Part shown: positions 12,772 to 24,721 of the stretch, piece by piece | How positions within the stretch are numbered: the first letter of the stretch is position 1 | Layout: each line of letters starts with the position of its first letter | NCBI GenBank assembly: GCA_963716745.1 | Contig: OY970320.1 | Span: forward strand, 2,368,001-2,432,000 | Direction of reading: 5' to 3' | Origin: an uncultured Gemmatimonadaceae bacterium | GTDB lineage: Bacteria > Gemmatimonadota > Gemmatimonadetes > Gemmatimonadales > Gemmatimonadaceae | Length of the DNA: 64,000 nucleotides | Notes under the pieces: model-generated | Told to the model about the DNA's origin: nothing | What the model saw: only the letters and a program-made list of their open reading frames with translations | Databases searched by the model: none | Program-made: the position numbers and the translations under genes

Positions 12772-12858
12772 GGGCCGGTGTGCGGGTGCGACGCGCGTTG
12801 CTGGCTGCGCGGCAGGCCAGTAGGATTCAGCGACTCAATATAACCTGGGCCACCACTG

Positions 12859-13902
12859 GTGCGAGCACTTACGATCTCCGCGCACGGCGGACTCGAGCAG
12901 ATCGAGTACAAGACCGGCCTGCCCACGCCCGAGATCGTGTCTCCGACGGATGTGCGCGTGAGCATCCGCGCGGCCGCGCTCAATCATCTCGATCTCTTCG
13001 TGGTGCACGGCGTGCCCGGTGTGACGATCACCAAGGACTGGATCCTCGGCGCCGACGGTGCGGGGGTGGTGGATGCGGTCGGCTCCGCGGTGACAAATGT
13101 GAAAGTGGGCGACGGCGTGCTGCTGAATCCAGGCGTCAGTTGCGGCGAGTGCGAATATTGCCGCGAAGGGGACCAGCCGCTGTGCGTGAAGTACAAGATC
13201 CTGGGGGAGCATCGCGCGGGAACGCTTGCAGAATATATCGTGGTGCCCGCCGTGAACGCGCGCGTGATCCCGGCGGGAGTGAGCTGGGAGACGGCGGCGG
13301 CGTTCCCGCTGGCGACGCTCACGGCGTGGCGGATGCTCGTGTCGCGCGCGCAGCTGCGCGCCGGCGAGACGGTGCTGATCTGGGGGATCGGCGGTGGCGT
13401 GGCGCTCGCGGCGCTGCAGATCGCGAAGCGGATCGGCGCACGCGTGTTCGTGACCTCGGGAAGCGCGGAGAAGTTGCGTCGCGCGCGGGAGCTGGGCGCG
13501 GATGAGACGTTCGATCATCACGCGCAGGATGTCGCGAAAGAGATCCGCGCGCTCACGGCCAAGCGCGGCGTGGACGTCGTCGTGGACAATGTGGGCCAGG
13601 CGACGTGGAAGCGGTCGCTCCTCGCGCTCGGCAAACGCGGGCGGCTCGTGACCTGCGGGGGCACGTCGGGCCCGCTGGTGGAAACAGATGTGCGCCGGAT
13701 GTTCTGGAGCCAACTCACGCTCATGGGATCGACAATGGGGAACGAGCGAGAATTCGACTCGATCATTGACGCACTCGCGGGTGGTGCGCTCGTGCCCCCC
13801 GTGGACTCCGTATATCCGCTCGCGGAAGGGCGCGCGGCCTTCGCACGTCTCGAGAGCGGGCAGCAGTTCGGGAAGGTGGTGGTGACGGTGGCGGCCCCAT
13901 GA
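12859..13902 (+). CDS. Zinc-binding MDR dehydrogenase / quinone oxidoreductase-like
   Basis: AALNHLD, GADGAG, structural-Zn motif CGECEYC-x7-C, GIGGGV. Confidence 0.9.
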   Translation: MRALTISAHGGLEQIEYKTGLPTPEIVSPTDVRVSIRAAALNHLDLFVVHGVPGVTITKDWILGADGAGVVDAVGSAVTNVKVGDGVLLNPGVSCGECEYCREGDQPLCVKYKILGEHRAGTLAEYIVVPAVNARVIPAGVSWETAAAFPLATLTAWRMLVSRAQLRAGETVLIWGIGGGVALAALQIAKRIGARVFVTSGSAEKLRRARELGADETFDHHAQDVAKEIRALTAKRGVDVVVDNVGQATWKRSLLALGKRGRLVTCGGTSGPLVETDVRRMFWSQLTLMGSTMGNEREFDSIIDALAGGALVPPVDSVYPLAEGRAAFARLESGQQFGKVVVTVAAP

Positions 13903-14279
13903 AGATGCCGCTGCCGACGCGCTATGCGGACTATGACACGAAGGGCCACGCGAACAACGCGGTGTATCTCACATACTTCGAGATGGCGCGGCACGCGGCG
14001 TGGGTCGACTCGATGGGCGGCGGCGCGGATTTCCCGTTCATCATCGCCGAAGCGACGGTGAAATATCTGAGCGAAGCGATGATCGGCGACCCGCTGGAGA
14101 TCGAGATGGTCACCGCCGAAGTGCGTACGAAGGCGTGGGTATGGGCATACACGATCCGCGACCGGCGCGATCAGCGGGTGGTGGCGGAGGGGCGCACGGT
14201 GCAAGTGATGTATGATTATCCGAACCGGAAGACGATCCCGATCCCTGACGCCTTTCGTGCGCAACTCGCGGCGGTGTGA
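13899..14279 (+). CDS. Acyl-CoA thioesterase (4HBT/YbgC hotdog fold)
   Basis: DYDTKGHANNAVYLTYFEMAR motif; ATGA overlap with upstream gene. Confidence 0.9.
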   Translation: MKMPLPTRYADYDTKGHANNAVYLTYFEMARHAAWVDSMGGGADFPFIIAEATVKYLSEAMIGDPLEIEMVTAEVRTKAWVWAYTIRDRRDQRVVAEGRTVQVMYDYPNRKTIPIPDAFRAQLAAV

Positions 14280-14281
14280 CC

Positions 14282-14506
14282 ATGGCCGAGCATGCGCGGT
14301 ATGAGTCGCATGAGGAGCAGGCGCTGCGCGATGCGATCGCCGGCGGGAAGGCGCCGGAGTGTCCGCGATGCGGGGTCACGATGACGGAGCGCGCGATCGG
14401 CGGCGGCAGTTTCGGCCTGGGCTACGCTCGCCGCCGGCAGTGGTACATTTGTCCGCAGTGCCGGCGCAGTGCCATCTTCGACGTGAAGCGGGGGACACGG
14501 ACGTGA
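14282..14506 (+). CDS. Small zinc-ribbon protein
   Basis: CPRC ... CPQC pairs in 74 aa; operonic position. Confidence 0.75.
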   Translation: MAEHARYESHEEQALRDAIAGGKAPECPRCGVTMTERAIGGGSFGLGYARRRQWYICPQCRRSAIFDVKRGTRT

Positions 14507-14535
14507 GGGGAACCACGAAACAGGAGGTCTGGTCC

Positions 14536-15792
14536 ATGGGCCTTTTCCATCGCGTGAGATTCGCACCGCTCATAGCGCTCGGGTTGTTCGCCGTGGCGTG
14601 CAACGACACGAAGCTGCGCGAGTCGCCGCCGCCCGGTCCGATGTCGGGCGGCGACGCATCGACGCCCGCGCTCGGCGCGACGACGCCTGCTCCGCCGTTC
14701 CTGGCGCTCGCCGCCGGAGGCGACGCGACGTGCGGGGTCGTGCGCGAGGGCGATCTGTACTGCTGGGGCCGCAACGATCTCGGGCAGCTGGGCGACGGGA
14801 CCCAGGAGAATCGCTATCTGCCTGTTCCCGTGGGAAAGGGGCAGAAATGGATGGCCGTCGCGCCGGGCGGATCGCACACGTGCGCGCTCGCCGAGAAAGG
14901 CGCCACGTATTGCTGGGGCTCGGGCGTTTACGGTGAGATCGGCAATGACACGCTCGGTCAATCGCTCACGCCGATCCACGTCACCACAGTACCTCCCTTC
15001 ACGTCGATCGCGAGCGGCGAGAATCACTCGTGCGGTCTCACCGCTGCCGGCGCGCTCTGGTGCTGGGGCGACAATCGCCACGGCGAGCTCGCGCGCGGCG
15101 ACACCCTGGCGGCGCACCATCCCGTGGCGGTGACGCCCGGGATCGCGTTCCGGTCGATGAGTCTCGCGGGACATGCGACGTGCGCCGTCACCACGGATGC
15201 GCGCCTCTTCTGTTGGGGGCTCGACAACGGCGGCGCGCTCGGCTACCTCGCGACGACGCTGTGCGAAGAGGGCGGTGCCGCGACGAGTCTGTGCTCACTC
15301 TCGCTGCGGCGCACCGCGGGCGATTCACTCGTGCGTCACGCCGCGCTCGGCTATGAGCATGGGTGCGCCCTCACGCCCGGAGGTACCGCGCGCTGCTGGG
15401 GATCGAACGGGTCGGGCGAGCTCGGGACCGGAAGCCGCGACTCGGCCGGACCGTCCTCGATCGCGGGCGAGCTCCATTTCTCCACAATCGCCGCCGGCGC
15501 GGCATTCTCGTGCGGGCTGGCCAAAGAGGGCGACTTGTATTGCTGGGGCACGAACGATGAGGGACAAACGGGCACGGGCACGGGCGCGGACTCGCCGCTG
15601 GCGACGATCGTGCAGAGTCCTTCGCGCTTCATCGCCGTGAGCGCGGGCCGACAGCACGCGTGCGCCGTGACCACCGAGCATGTGGGGTTCTGCTGGGGCG
15701 ACGACTCGTTCGGCCAGGTGGGCGGCGTCGCGAAACGGCGGAGCTTTATGCCGGATCAGGTGATGTTCCCCGCGGCGGCCTCCGCGCCGTGA
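14536..15792 (+). CDS. RCC1/BLIP-II repeat beta-propeller lipoprotein
   Basis: GGAGG RBS, lipobox AVAC, and seven repeats of G..H.C......CWG.N..G.LG.G. Confidence 0.9.
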   Translation: MGLFHRVRFAPLIALGLFAVACNDTKLRESPPPGPMSGGDASTPALGATTPAPPFLALAAGGDATCGVVREGDLYCWGRNDLGQLGDGTQENRYLPVPVGKGQKWMAVAPGGSHTCALAEKGATYCWGSGVYGEIGNDTLGQSLTPIHVTTVPPFTSIASGENHSCGLTAAGALWCWGDNRHGELARGDTLAAHHPVAVTPGIAFRSMSLAGHATCAVTTDARLFCWGLDNGGALGYLATTLCEEGGAATSLCSLSLRRTAGDSLVRHAALGYEHGCALTPGGTARCWGSNGSGELGTGSRDSAGPSSIAGELHFSTIAAGAAFSCGLAKEGDLYCWGTNDEGQTGTGTGADSPLATIVQSPSRFIAVSAGRQHACAVTTEHVGFCWGDDSFGQVGGVAKRRSFMPDQVMFPAAASAP

Positions 15793-15814
15793 GGTGTGGA
15801 GAGATCCACTCGGC

Positions 15815-15900
15815 ACAGCAGACTTAGACGCTAGACCTAGACGCTAGAAGGCGACGGCGTCTGCTTTCTAGCGTCTAGGTCTAGCGTCTAAGTCTGCTGT
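15815..15900. repeat. Perfect 35-bp inverted repeat, family C (CTAG-rich 13-nt units)
   Basis: acagcagacttagacgctagacctagacgctagaa (15815-15849) and its exact reverse complement (15866-15900), between convergent genes. Confidence 0.95.
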
Positions 15901-15914
15901 ACCGACTGGTGCTC

Positions 15915-16919
15915 TCAGTGCCACCGATATCCCAGCCCCACCCCAAAGAAGTCGGTATTTTCATTGTACGTCGTCACCGTGCGATTCCAGATGAAGCGCG
16001 CGAGCCAGTGCTCGCCGATGTCATAGGCGACGGTGGGTGAGACGAGGCCGGCGACGGCGTCCTTCTTCTTGGTGCCGGGGGGCGGTGAGTAGTCGTAATC
16101 CACGGCGAAGAAGGCGCCGAAACCGAGCGCGAGCGCCACGGGGCCGAACTTCCGGGTGGGCCAGATCTGAACGCCGATCCCGTTCCGGGAGAGGACGGCG
16201 TTGTCACCCTGGTAGATGTAGCTGAACGTCAGGTCGAAGTACTTCCACACGCCGTGACGGTACTCGCCCATGCCGGAGACGCCTTTGGGATCGGCCGAAC
16301 CGCCGTTGGGCACCGTTTGGCCGATGAGGGCCGTGATCTGATTGCCGGTGGTGAAGCTCGTCTGCGCGACCGGCGCGTGATTGTAGACGTCGCCCACGGG
16401 TGCCTGGAGCTGGTAGCCGATGCCAATGAGCACGCTCAGCGCGTCGAAGGTCTTGGGGGGCGCGAGCTCCTCGTTCACCTGGATCCGGTAAACGAAGCGG
16501 TCCTTGCCGAAGTAGGAGATCTGCGCGGTGGTGAGCCACAGCCAGCCCTGGATATCGGAGAAATTGCCGGCGTTCGAGGTATCGTTCGTGGTGTCGTAGA
16601 AGCGGTCTACACCGGTGGCGATCCCGAACGTGAACCGTTTGGTGCCGAAGGACGACCGGATCCCGATCTGCGCCGCGATGCCGTCGCGCGCATGACCGGG
16701 AATGTGGCCGTCATTCACCCAGCCGGTCTCGAAGTACCAGTGCTCGCTGATCCCCTGTTGGTAGTCGAGCCGCCACTGGTAGGTAGTGTTGGCAGCGGCG
16801 GACTGGTCGAACTGCGGGCCGATGAGCCCGGTGAATTCCTGGGCGCCGGCGGTCGCCCCGATCGCGGCCAAACTGACGGTCAAGAAGGCCGATTTCCAGA
16901 GGGAGCTAAGGGAAGGCAT
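15915..16919 (-). CDS. Outer-membrane protein, probably two tandem small beta-barrels
   Basis: Signal peptide ending AGA-Q; two halves with amphipathic strands ending IGIGYQL and VGLGYRW. It is the 3' part of ORF 15915..19451. Confidence 0.72.
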   Translation of the reverse strand: MPSLSSLWKSAFLTVSLAAIGATAGAQEFTGLIGPQFDQSAAANTTYQWRLDYQQGISEHWYFETGWVNDGHIPGHARDGIAAQIGIRSSFGTKRFTFGIATGVDRFYDTTNDTSNAGNFSDIQGWLWLTTAQISYFGKDRFVYRIQVNEELAPPKTFDALSVLIGIGYQLQAPVGDVYNHAPVAQTSFTTGNQITALIGQTVPNGGSADPKGVSGMGEYRHGVWKYFDLTFSYIYQGDNAVLSRNGIGVQIWPTRKFGPVALALGFGAFFAVDYDYSPPPGTKKKDAVAGLVSPTVAYDIGEHWLARFIWNRTVTTYNENTDFFGVGLGYRWH

Positions 16920-17045
16920 GGCGACCATTATGGGTCGCAGAATCTCCTGTGGGAAGAGTGGATTTTGCCCTTCGGTTGACCCCTCCACGGGGTTATATTT
17001 CGTGGTCCTGAGATCGGTGTTTTCGCCCCGTCCAGCCCCCACAAA

Positions 17046-19550
<2,505 letters not shown>

Positions 19551-19554
19551 CGAA

Positions 19555-19694
19555 CGCTAACGGCGGGGCTGGTACCGCGAAGGGCGTCTGTGGACGCTTG
19601 GCGTTGCGGGAACGCGAACTCGCCTGAATGCGCGCAGCTCCCGAACGGCCAGGCGCCAACGCGCCGTTCAGCGGTGCCAGCCCCGCTGTCGGCG
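19555..19694. repeat. Palindromic repeat, family E
   Basis: cgctaacggcggggctggtaccgc ... gcggtgccagccccgctgtcggcg; homologous to 47733-47901. Confidence 0.85.
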
Positions 19695-19777
19695 GTTCGA
19701 AGGCGACGTTAGCCGTTAGGTCAACTGGCGCGCGGAGATCCAGGGGTGCAGAGTCCTAGTCCTATGGCGACAGCGAG

Positions 19778-20719
19778 TTGGTCTCTCTCGCGGATCTCAA
19801 ATCCGCGGCCGCGGTGCTGCGTGGTGTCGTCGTGCGCACGCCACTCCTGCCGGCGCCGGAACTCGGACCCGCGATCTGGCTCAAGCCTGAGACGCTGCAG
19901 CGCGGCGGCGCGTTCAAATTGCGCGGCGCGTATTACTTCATCTCGCGCCTCGACCCGAAACAGCGTGCGCGCGGCGTGATCGCGCCGAGCTCCGGCAACC
20001 ACGCGCAGGCGGTCGCGCTCGCGGCGCAGCTCTTCGGCGTGCCGGCCACGGTGGTGATGCCCACGACGGTCACGCCCGCCAAGCGCGCGGGCGCCGAGCG
20101 ATTCGGTGCGCGCGTGGTGCTCGCCGGTACCACCACCGCGCATCGGATGGAGCGCGCCAAGGAATTGGTCGCGAGCGACGGCGGCGTGCTCGTCCCGCCC
20201 TATGACGATGCGACGATCATCGCGGGGCAGGGCACGGCCGGCGTCGAGATCTGCGAGGATCTGCCCGACGTTGGCACGGTGATCGTGCCCGTGGGTGGCG
20301 GAGGGCTGAGTGCCGGCGTCGCGACGGCGGTGAAGCTGCTCTGCCCGAAGGCGCGCGTGATCGGCGTGGAGCCGTCGGGCGCGCCCAAGCTCACGCGTGC
20401 GCGCGCGGCCGGTGCGCCCGTGGTGCTCGAGCACACGCAGGGTCTTGCCGACGGTCTGCTCGCGACGGCGATCGGTACGATCCCATTCGCGCACCACAGC
20501 GCGTACATCGACGACGTGGTGCTCGTGGACGACGCCTCGCTCCGCGGCGCGATGCGCTTCCTACTCGACCGGATGAAGCTGGTCGTTGAACCCAGCGGCG
20601 CGATCACCGTGGCGGCGCTCCGCGAAGGGCTGGTGCGCGCGGAGGGCCCGACGGTGGCCGTGCTGAGCGGCGGGAACATCGAGTGGGACGGCCTGCACAC
20701 GATCCTCGGTCATGGATAA
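19778..20719 (+). CDS. PLP-dependent threonine/serine dehydratase (no regulatory domain)
   Basis: KPETLQRGGAFKLRGA, SSGNHAQ, VGGGGL, VEPSGA and SGGN motifs. Confidence 0.92.
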   Translation: MVSLADLKSAAAVLRGVVVRTPLLPAPELGPAIWLKPETLQRGGAFKLRGAYYFISRLDPKQRARGVIAPSSGNHAQAVALAAQLFGVPATVVMPTTVTPAKRAGAERFGARVVLAGTTTAHRMERAKELVASDGGVLVPPYDDATIIAGQGTAGVEICEDLPDVGTVIVPVGGGGLSAGVATAVKLLCPKARVIGVEPSGAPKLTRARAAGAPVVLEHTQGLADGLLATAIGTIPFAHHSAYIDDVVLVDDASLRGAMRFLLDRMKLVVEPSGAITVAALREGLVRAEGPTVAVLSGGNIEWDGLHTILGHG

Positions 20720-22191
20720 GTCGCGGATCCTGATCGCCGACGATGATGATCTGCTCGCCAGCACGCTCTCCTGGTTGCTGAAGGAGCAGGGCTATGACGT
20801 CGCGATCGTGCGCGGCGTGGTGGAGCGCGTGCTCGAGCAAGTACGCGCGATGCACCCCGATCTGCTCCTGCTGGATGTGCCGTCGCCCGTGAGCGATGGC
20901 GCCGCCGTGCTGGAGGGACTCGCCGGCGATGCGCATTGGCGCGACGTGCCCGTGCTCGCGATGTCGTCGCAATCGGCGGAGGATGTCGCGCCGCAGATGC
21001 TCGCGCTCGGCGCCTCCGATGTGATCGCGAAGCCGTTCCACGTGCGCGACCTGCTCACGCGCGTGCGCGTGCAGCTGCGCTCGCGCCGCGAGCTGCTCAA
21101 CGCGCGCTCGGCGCTCCGCAGCACCGAAGAGGAGTTGCAGCGCGCGCGCGGCGAGGCCGAGAGCCGGCGCAAGATGGTGGACATCCTGCACGAGGTGACG
21201 GGCGATTTCTCGAGCGAGGAGCTGTATCACATCCTCGTACGGCGCGTCGCGCGCGCGCTCGACATCTCGCATTGCTCATTGGTGCTCGCGAGTCCCGGCG
21301 ATGCCGTGGGCGTTGTAGCGGCCGCGTACGAGACGCCGGGGCTGCGGCATCTCGAGATCCGGCTCGAGCGGTACCCGGAGATAAGAACCGCGCTCGAATC
21401 GCGCGCGCCGGTGCTCATCGAGGATGTGGATGTGAGCCCCATCTACAGCCAGCTGCGCCACGAGTGGGCGGCGGCGGGAACGCTCGTGCCATTCCGCTCC
21501 GTGATCGCGCTCCCGTTCCGGCTCGACGGCGAGCAGGCCGGCGTGATCTTCCTGCGCACCGTGCAGGGCGAGCCCGCGCTCGGGCGCCGCGGATGTCGAA
21601 TTCGCCGATACCGTGGTGGGCGCGGCCGTCGCGGCGATCCGCCGCGCGCAGGCGATCGAGAACACGCAGGCCGACAAGCAGCGGCTGGAGATCCTCGCGC
21701 GCACCGATCCGCTCACGCAGACGCACAACCGTCGCGCGCTCATGGAGCTGCTGAGCGCCGAGCTGGAGCGCGCGCGCCGGTACGGACTGACTCTGTCCCT
21801 CTTGATGATCGACCTCGATCACTTCAAGCTGGTGAACGACACGTACGGGCATCCGATCGGCGACGAGGCGCTGCGCAGCACGGCGCGCGTGCTGCAGCGG
21901 GAGGCGCGCACCGTGGACGCAGTGGCGCGGTTCGGCGGCGAGGAGTTCGTCGTCATGCTGCCGGAGACGGCGGAGGAAGGCGCGGTGGCGGTGGCGGAGC
22001 GCATCCGCATCAGGATCTCGGAGCAAGCGATACTGCCCGGCGCGAGCTATGATAAGGCGCGGGTGACGGTGAGCATCGGGGTGGCGGCAGTGCCTTCGGC
22101 GCGCGTGAATTCGCCGGAGGATCTCCTGGCTCTCGCGGACGAGGCGCTCTATCGCGCCAAGGCCGAAGGGCGCAACCGGGTCTGCACGTGA
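20712..22191 (+). CDS. REC-GAF-GGDEF diguanylate cyclase; apparent frameshift near 21585
   Basis: Receiver domain (ILIADDD, LLLD, AKPF) and GAF-like segment. TDPLT, DLDHFKxVNDxYGH and RFGGEEF lie in ORF 21613..22191. Confidence 0.9.
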
Positions 22192-23312
22192 GCGCACGCT
22201 GTCCGTCTTGCGGTACCGTGTATCCTGACGACGTGAAGTTCTGCGCCAAGGACGGCACGAAACTTCTGATGTCGAGCACGCCGTCGCCGACGCCCGCGAC
22301 GCCGCCGCTGGGCGTGACGCCCGTCGGGACACCGGCGGTGATGCCGCCGCCTCCCGCGCCGCGCAGCCCGACGCCGCCGTTCGCCGGATCGCGCACCGTG
22401 GACTTCAGCAAGCTCACGGGGCAGCTGCTGGACAACCGCTATCAGGTCGTGAAGAAGGTGGGCGAAGGCGGCATGAGCTTCGTGTACCTCGCGCAGGACA
22501 CGAACACCGGCGAGAAGGTGGCGATCAAGATCCTGTCGCCGGCGCTGATCAAGGACCCGACCGCCATGGCGCGCCTGCGCCGCGAGGCCGCGCTCGGCGG
22601 GAAGCTGGCGCATCCCAACGTGTGCCACATCATCCGCCTCGGCGAGACGACCGCGGGATTCGTGTACATCGTGATGCCCTTCGTGCAGGGGGAATTGCTC
22701 TGCGACCGCACCGTGCGGATGGGATATTTGCCGCTCGATGTGACGGCCGGCTTCGTGCGCGACATGTGCGCGGGGCTGCACGTGGCGCACGAGCTCGGGA
22801 TCATCCATCGCGACTTGAAGCCGGAGAACATCATGATCGTCGCGCGCCCCGACGGATCGGAGCGCGCCGTGGTGATGGACTTCGGTCTCGCGAAGGAGCG
22901 CGCGATGAGTCCGGAGGTGCAGAAGCTCACCGCCACCGGGATCGTGCTCGGCACGCCGGAGTTCATGAGCCCGGAGCAGCTGCGGGGCAAGCAGCTGGAC
23001 CCGCGCACCGACGTGTACTCGCTCGCGATCATGGTGTACGAGATGCTCACCGGGAAGCTGCCGTTCGAAGGGAGAACGCAGCAGGAGATCATGATCGCGC
23101 GGCTCAAGGGCGATCCGATCCCGATCCGCACCAAGCGCCCCGACCTGAATTTCCCAGCGGGCGTGGAGAAAGTGCTCGCGAAAGCGCTGGCGAGGGAAGC
23201 GGACGGCCGATACTCGGGGACGCTCGAGTTCGGCGAGGCGTTCACCAAGGCGGCGGCGGGGGAGGATGTGCAGGAGGAGGGAGGGGGGATCATGAGTCGG
23301 TTCTTCAAATAA
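22188..23312 (+). CDS. Hanks-type Ser/Thr protein kinase with N-terminal zinc ribbon
   Basis: CPSC..FCAKDG; GEGGMSFV, VAIK, HRDLKPEN, DFG and GTPEFMSPEQ motifs. Confidence 0.95.
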   Translation: MSARCPSCGTVYPDDVKFCAKDGTKLLMSSTPSPTPATPPLGVTPVGTPAVMPPPPAPRSPTPPFAGSRTVDFSKLTGQLLDNRYQVVKKVGEGGMSFVYLAQDTNTGEKVAIKILSPALIKDPTAMARLRREAALGGKLAHPNVCHIIRLGETTAGFVYIVMPFVQGELLCDRTVRMGYLPLDVTAGFVRDMCAGLHVAHELGIIHRDLKPENIMIVARPDGSERAVVMDFGLAKERAMSPEVQKLTATGIVLGTPEFMSPEQLRGKQLDPRTDVYSLAIMVYEMLTGKLPFEGRTQQEIMIARLKGDPIPIRTKRPDLNFPAGVEKVLAKALAREADGRYSGTLEFGEAFTKAAAGEDVQEEGGGIMSRFFK

Positions 23313-23543
23313 CTGCGAACGGCGTGAGTGCCGAGTCGTGCGTGTTCGACCACGAACGGCGTGCGTGCCGAGTCGTGCGTGTTCGACCACGAACGGCGTG
23401 AGTGCCGAGTCGGGCATCGCGACGCACGACGATCGTGCCTGACGCACGACTGGATACTCGCGCATTCAGTGGTCGACGACTCACGACTTGGTACTCACGC
23501 CCCAAGGGGTCGAACACGCACGACTCGGTACGCACGCCGTTCG
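23311..23543. repeat. Palindromic composite repeat, family A variant (37-nt tandem units plus an inverted copy)
   Basis: aacggcgtgMgtgccgagtcgtgcgtgttcgaccacg starts at 23318, 23355 and 23392 (partial); inverted copy at 23508-23543; begins AACTGC. Confidence 0.92.
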
Positions 23544-23589
23544 GACGTAGCAAGTTGCTGATCCCGGGCGCCCCAATGAGATTCCACGC

Positions 23590-24721
23590 ATGAAGCGTCA
23601 CCCTCCCTTCGAGCCGCCCGAGTATCTCGAACTGGCAGCCCGATGACGTGCTGTTGGGCGAGTATCGCGCCACGTTGGAGAAGGATCCGAAACGCGCGGC
23701 GGTGATAAGGCGGCTCAGTCCGGTGCAACTGTTGGACATGTACGCCGGGCTCGTGCGCAATCGGCTCGCGGACATCGGACTCAAGCGTCTCGTGCGCCAG
23801 GGTGTGATCTCCAAGGCGTGGCTCGGCACTGGCGAAGAGGCGGCCACCATTGGCCCCGTGCACGCGCTGCGGCGTCCGCGCGCTGCTACCACGCCTGCGG
23901 CGCGCGAATCGTGCGACGTGGTCGCCCCCATGATCCGCAACGCGGGCGCGTGCCTCGAGATGGGGATGTCGGTGTCCGATATTCTCCGCGCGTACATGGG
24001 CACGATGGATGGGCCCGCGCGCGGACGCGACGGACACTATGGCGACATGGCCAACGGCGTGCTCTCACCCATCAGCCACGTGGGCGACGTCGTCCCCGTG
24101 GTCGCCGGCATCGCCATGAGTTTCGTCTCGCGCGGCACGGACCGCGTGGCCATGACATGGATCGGCGACGGCAGCGTGAAAGCCGGCGTCGCGCACGAAG
24201 GGCTCAACTTCGCGGCGGTGCGCAAGCTCCCGGTGATCTTCATCATCCAGAACAATCAAGTGGCCCTCGGCACGCGGCTCGATCAGCATCATCTCGCGGC
24301 GAAGGGTGAGAAGTTCGCGCAGTGGCCGAAGGCGTACGGGATGTGGGGCGGCGTGTTCGACGGCAACAATGTGCTGGACGCTTATGCGCTCACGGCGCTC
24401 GCGGTGGATCGCTGCCGTCGCGGCGACGGACCGGCGTTGTTGGTCGCCGAGACGTTCCGCATGGGCGGCCACGCGACGCACGATGAGGCCGAAGCGCGCG
24501 AGACGTTCGATGCGTCGCTGTTCGAGCATTGGGGGCGCCGCGATCCGATCGCGATGTTCGAGGAGCACCTCATGCGAACGGGGATCAGCCGTGAGCGGCT
24601 GGCTGAGGCGGAGCGGTCGGTGGAGACGGAGGTGGACGCGGCCGAACAGGAGGCGATGACGAGCCGCGCCGAACACATGCCGGCAGGACCGAGCGCGCTG
24701 AGCGGGGTATACGCGGAATGA
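23590..24721 (+). CDS. TPP-dependent 2-oxoacid dehydrogenase E1 alpha subunit; apparent frameshift near 23630
   Basis: GEEA, GDG-x26-NN TPP motif, DGNN and RMGGHATHD. The ATG at 23590 (MKRHPPFEPPEYL) is out of frame with ORF 23648..24721. Confidence 0.88.

Noticed and set aside
23318..23415. CRISPR array (37-nt repeats)
   Set aside because: Units are head-to-tail with no spacers, an inverted copy follows, and no cas genes are present.
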